64,000 bases of DNA, taken from Glaucostegus cemiculus. Lineage: Eukaryota. Both the position numbers and the translations under genes were made by a program. The DNA is taken from the NCBI GenBank assembly GCA_976551045.1, contig CDPCPM010000042.1, positions 868,001 to 932,000 of the forward strand, written 5' to 3'. The notes beneath the pieces were generated by a model. The model was not told the origin of the DNA and made no database searches. It saw only the letters and a list, made by a program, of their open reading frames with translations. Each line of letters begins with the position of its first letter. Positions within the stretch are counted from its first letter, which is position 1. Shown here piece by piece: positions 63,210 through 64,000 of this stretch.

Positions 63210-64000
63210 ATCAAAATCAGGTTTATCACTGACATCCGACGTGAAATTTGTTGTTTTGCAGCACCACAGTTCAAGGACACAAAAATCTATCAATTACAAA
63301 AATAAATAAATGGAACAAAACAAAAAGGAATAATGAGGTGGTGCTTATGGGTTCATGAATCGTTCAGAAGTCTGATGTCATGAAATTTGTCGTTTTGCGG
63401 CAGCAGTGCAGTGCAAGACGGAAAGACATAAAAATTACTAAATGTTACAAAGATACATAAATAGTGCAAAAGAGGAATAATGAGGTAGTGTTCATGAGTT
63501 CATGGACTGTTCAGAAATCTGATGGTGGAGGGGAAGAAGCTGTTCCTGAAATATTGAATGTGGGTCTTCCGGCTCCTGTACCTCCTTCCTGCTGGTAGTA
63601 ACGTGAAGAGGGCCTGTCCCAAGTGGTTGGGGTTCTTAATGATGGATGCTGCCTTCTTGAGGCACCACCTCTTGAAGACATCCTCTATGGTGGGGAGGGT
63701 TGTGTTCTTGATGGAGCTGGCTGAATCTATAACCATCTGCAGCCTCCTGCGATCCTGTGCATTAGAGGTTCCGTACCAGGCTGTGATGCAACCAGTCAGA
63801 ATGTTCTCCACTGTACATCTATAGAAGTTTATAAGAGTCTTTGGTGACATACCGAATCTCCTCAAACTCCTAATGAAGTAGAGCTGCTGGTGTGCCGTCT
63901 TTGTGATTGCATCATTGTGTTGGGCCCAGGATGGATTCTCTGATATCATGATGCCCAGGAACTTAAAACTGCTCACCTTTTCTGCTGACCCCTCGATGAG
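63210..64000 (-). mobile_element. Rex1/Babar-type LINE 3' part, running off the window end; 3' UTR present twice
   Basis: ORF 63500..63976: FKFLG..IS, AHQQLYFIRSLRRFGMS, FYRCTVENILTGCITAWYG, FRNSFFP. Confidence 0.9.

Overview
Eukaryotic, AT-rich, repeat-dense DNA with no host protein-coding gene I can recognise, so probably a large intron or an intergenic region. The repeats point to a cartilaginous fish, most likely a batoid; this is an inference. They include CR1/HER1-type LINEs, Rex1/Babar-type LINEs, HE1/V-SINE-type tRNA SINEs, Deu/SacSINE1-like SINEs and Penelope-like elements. The recognisable long ORFs are decayed retroelement ORF2 or GIY-YIG pieces, and most others look like chance or chimeric frames. 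Less obvious content: (i) several heavily decayed PIF/Harbinger transposase and Myb/SANT-like relics; (ii) about 11 short Penelope terminal-repeat copies carrying a minimal hammerhead-ribozyme motif, four with a CUGAUGCA core variant; (iii) a 772-bp solo LTR with a 4-bp TSD; (iv) several templated or inverted local duplications, notably a ~650-bp inverted copy inside an internally inverted Rex1 LINE. I found no convincing new gene system. All family names come from motif recognition by eye, not from database searches, and element boundaries are approximate.
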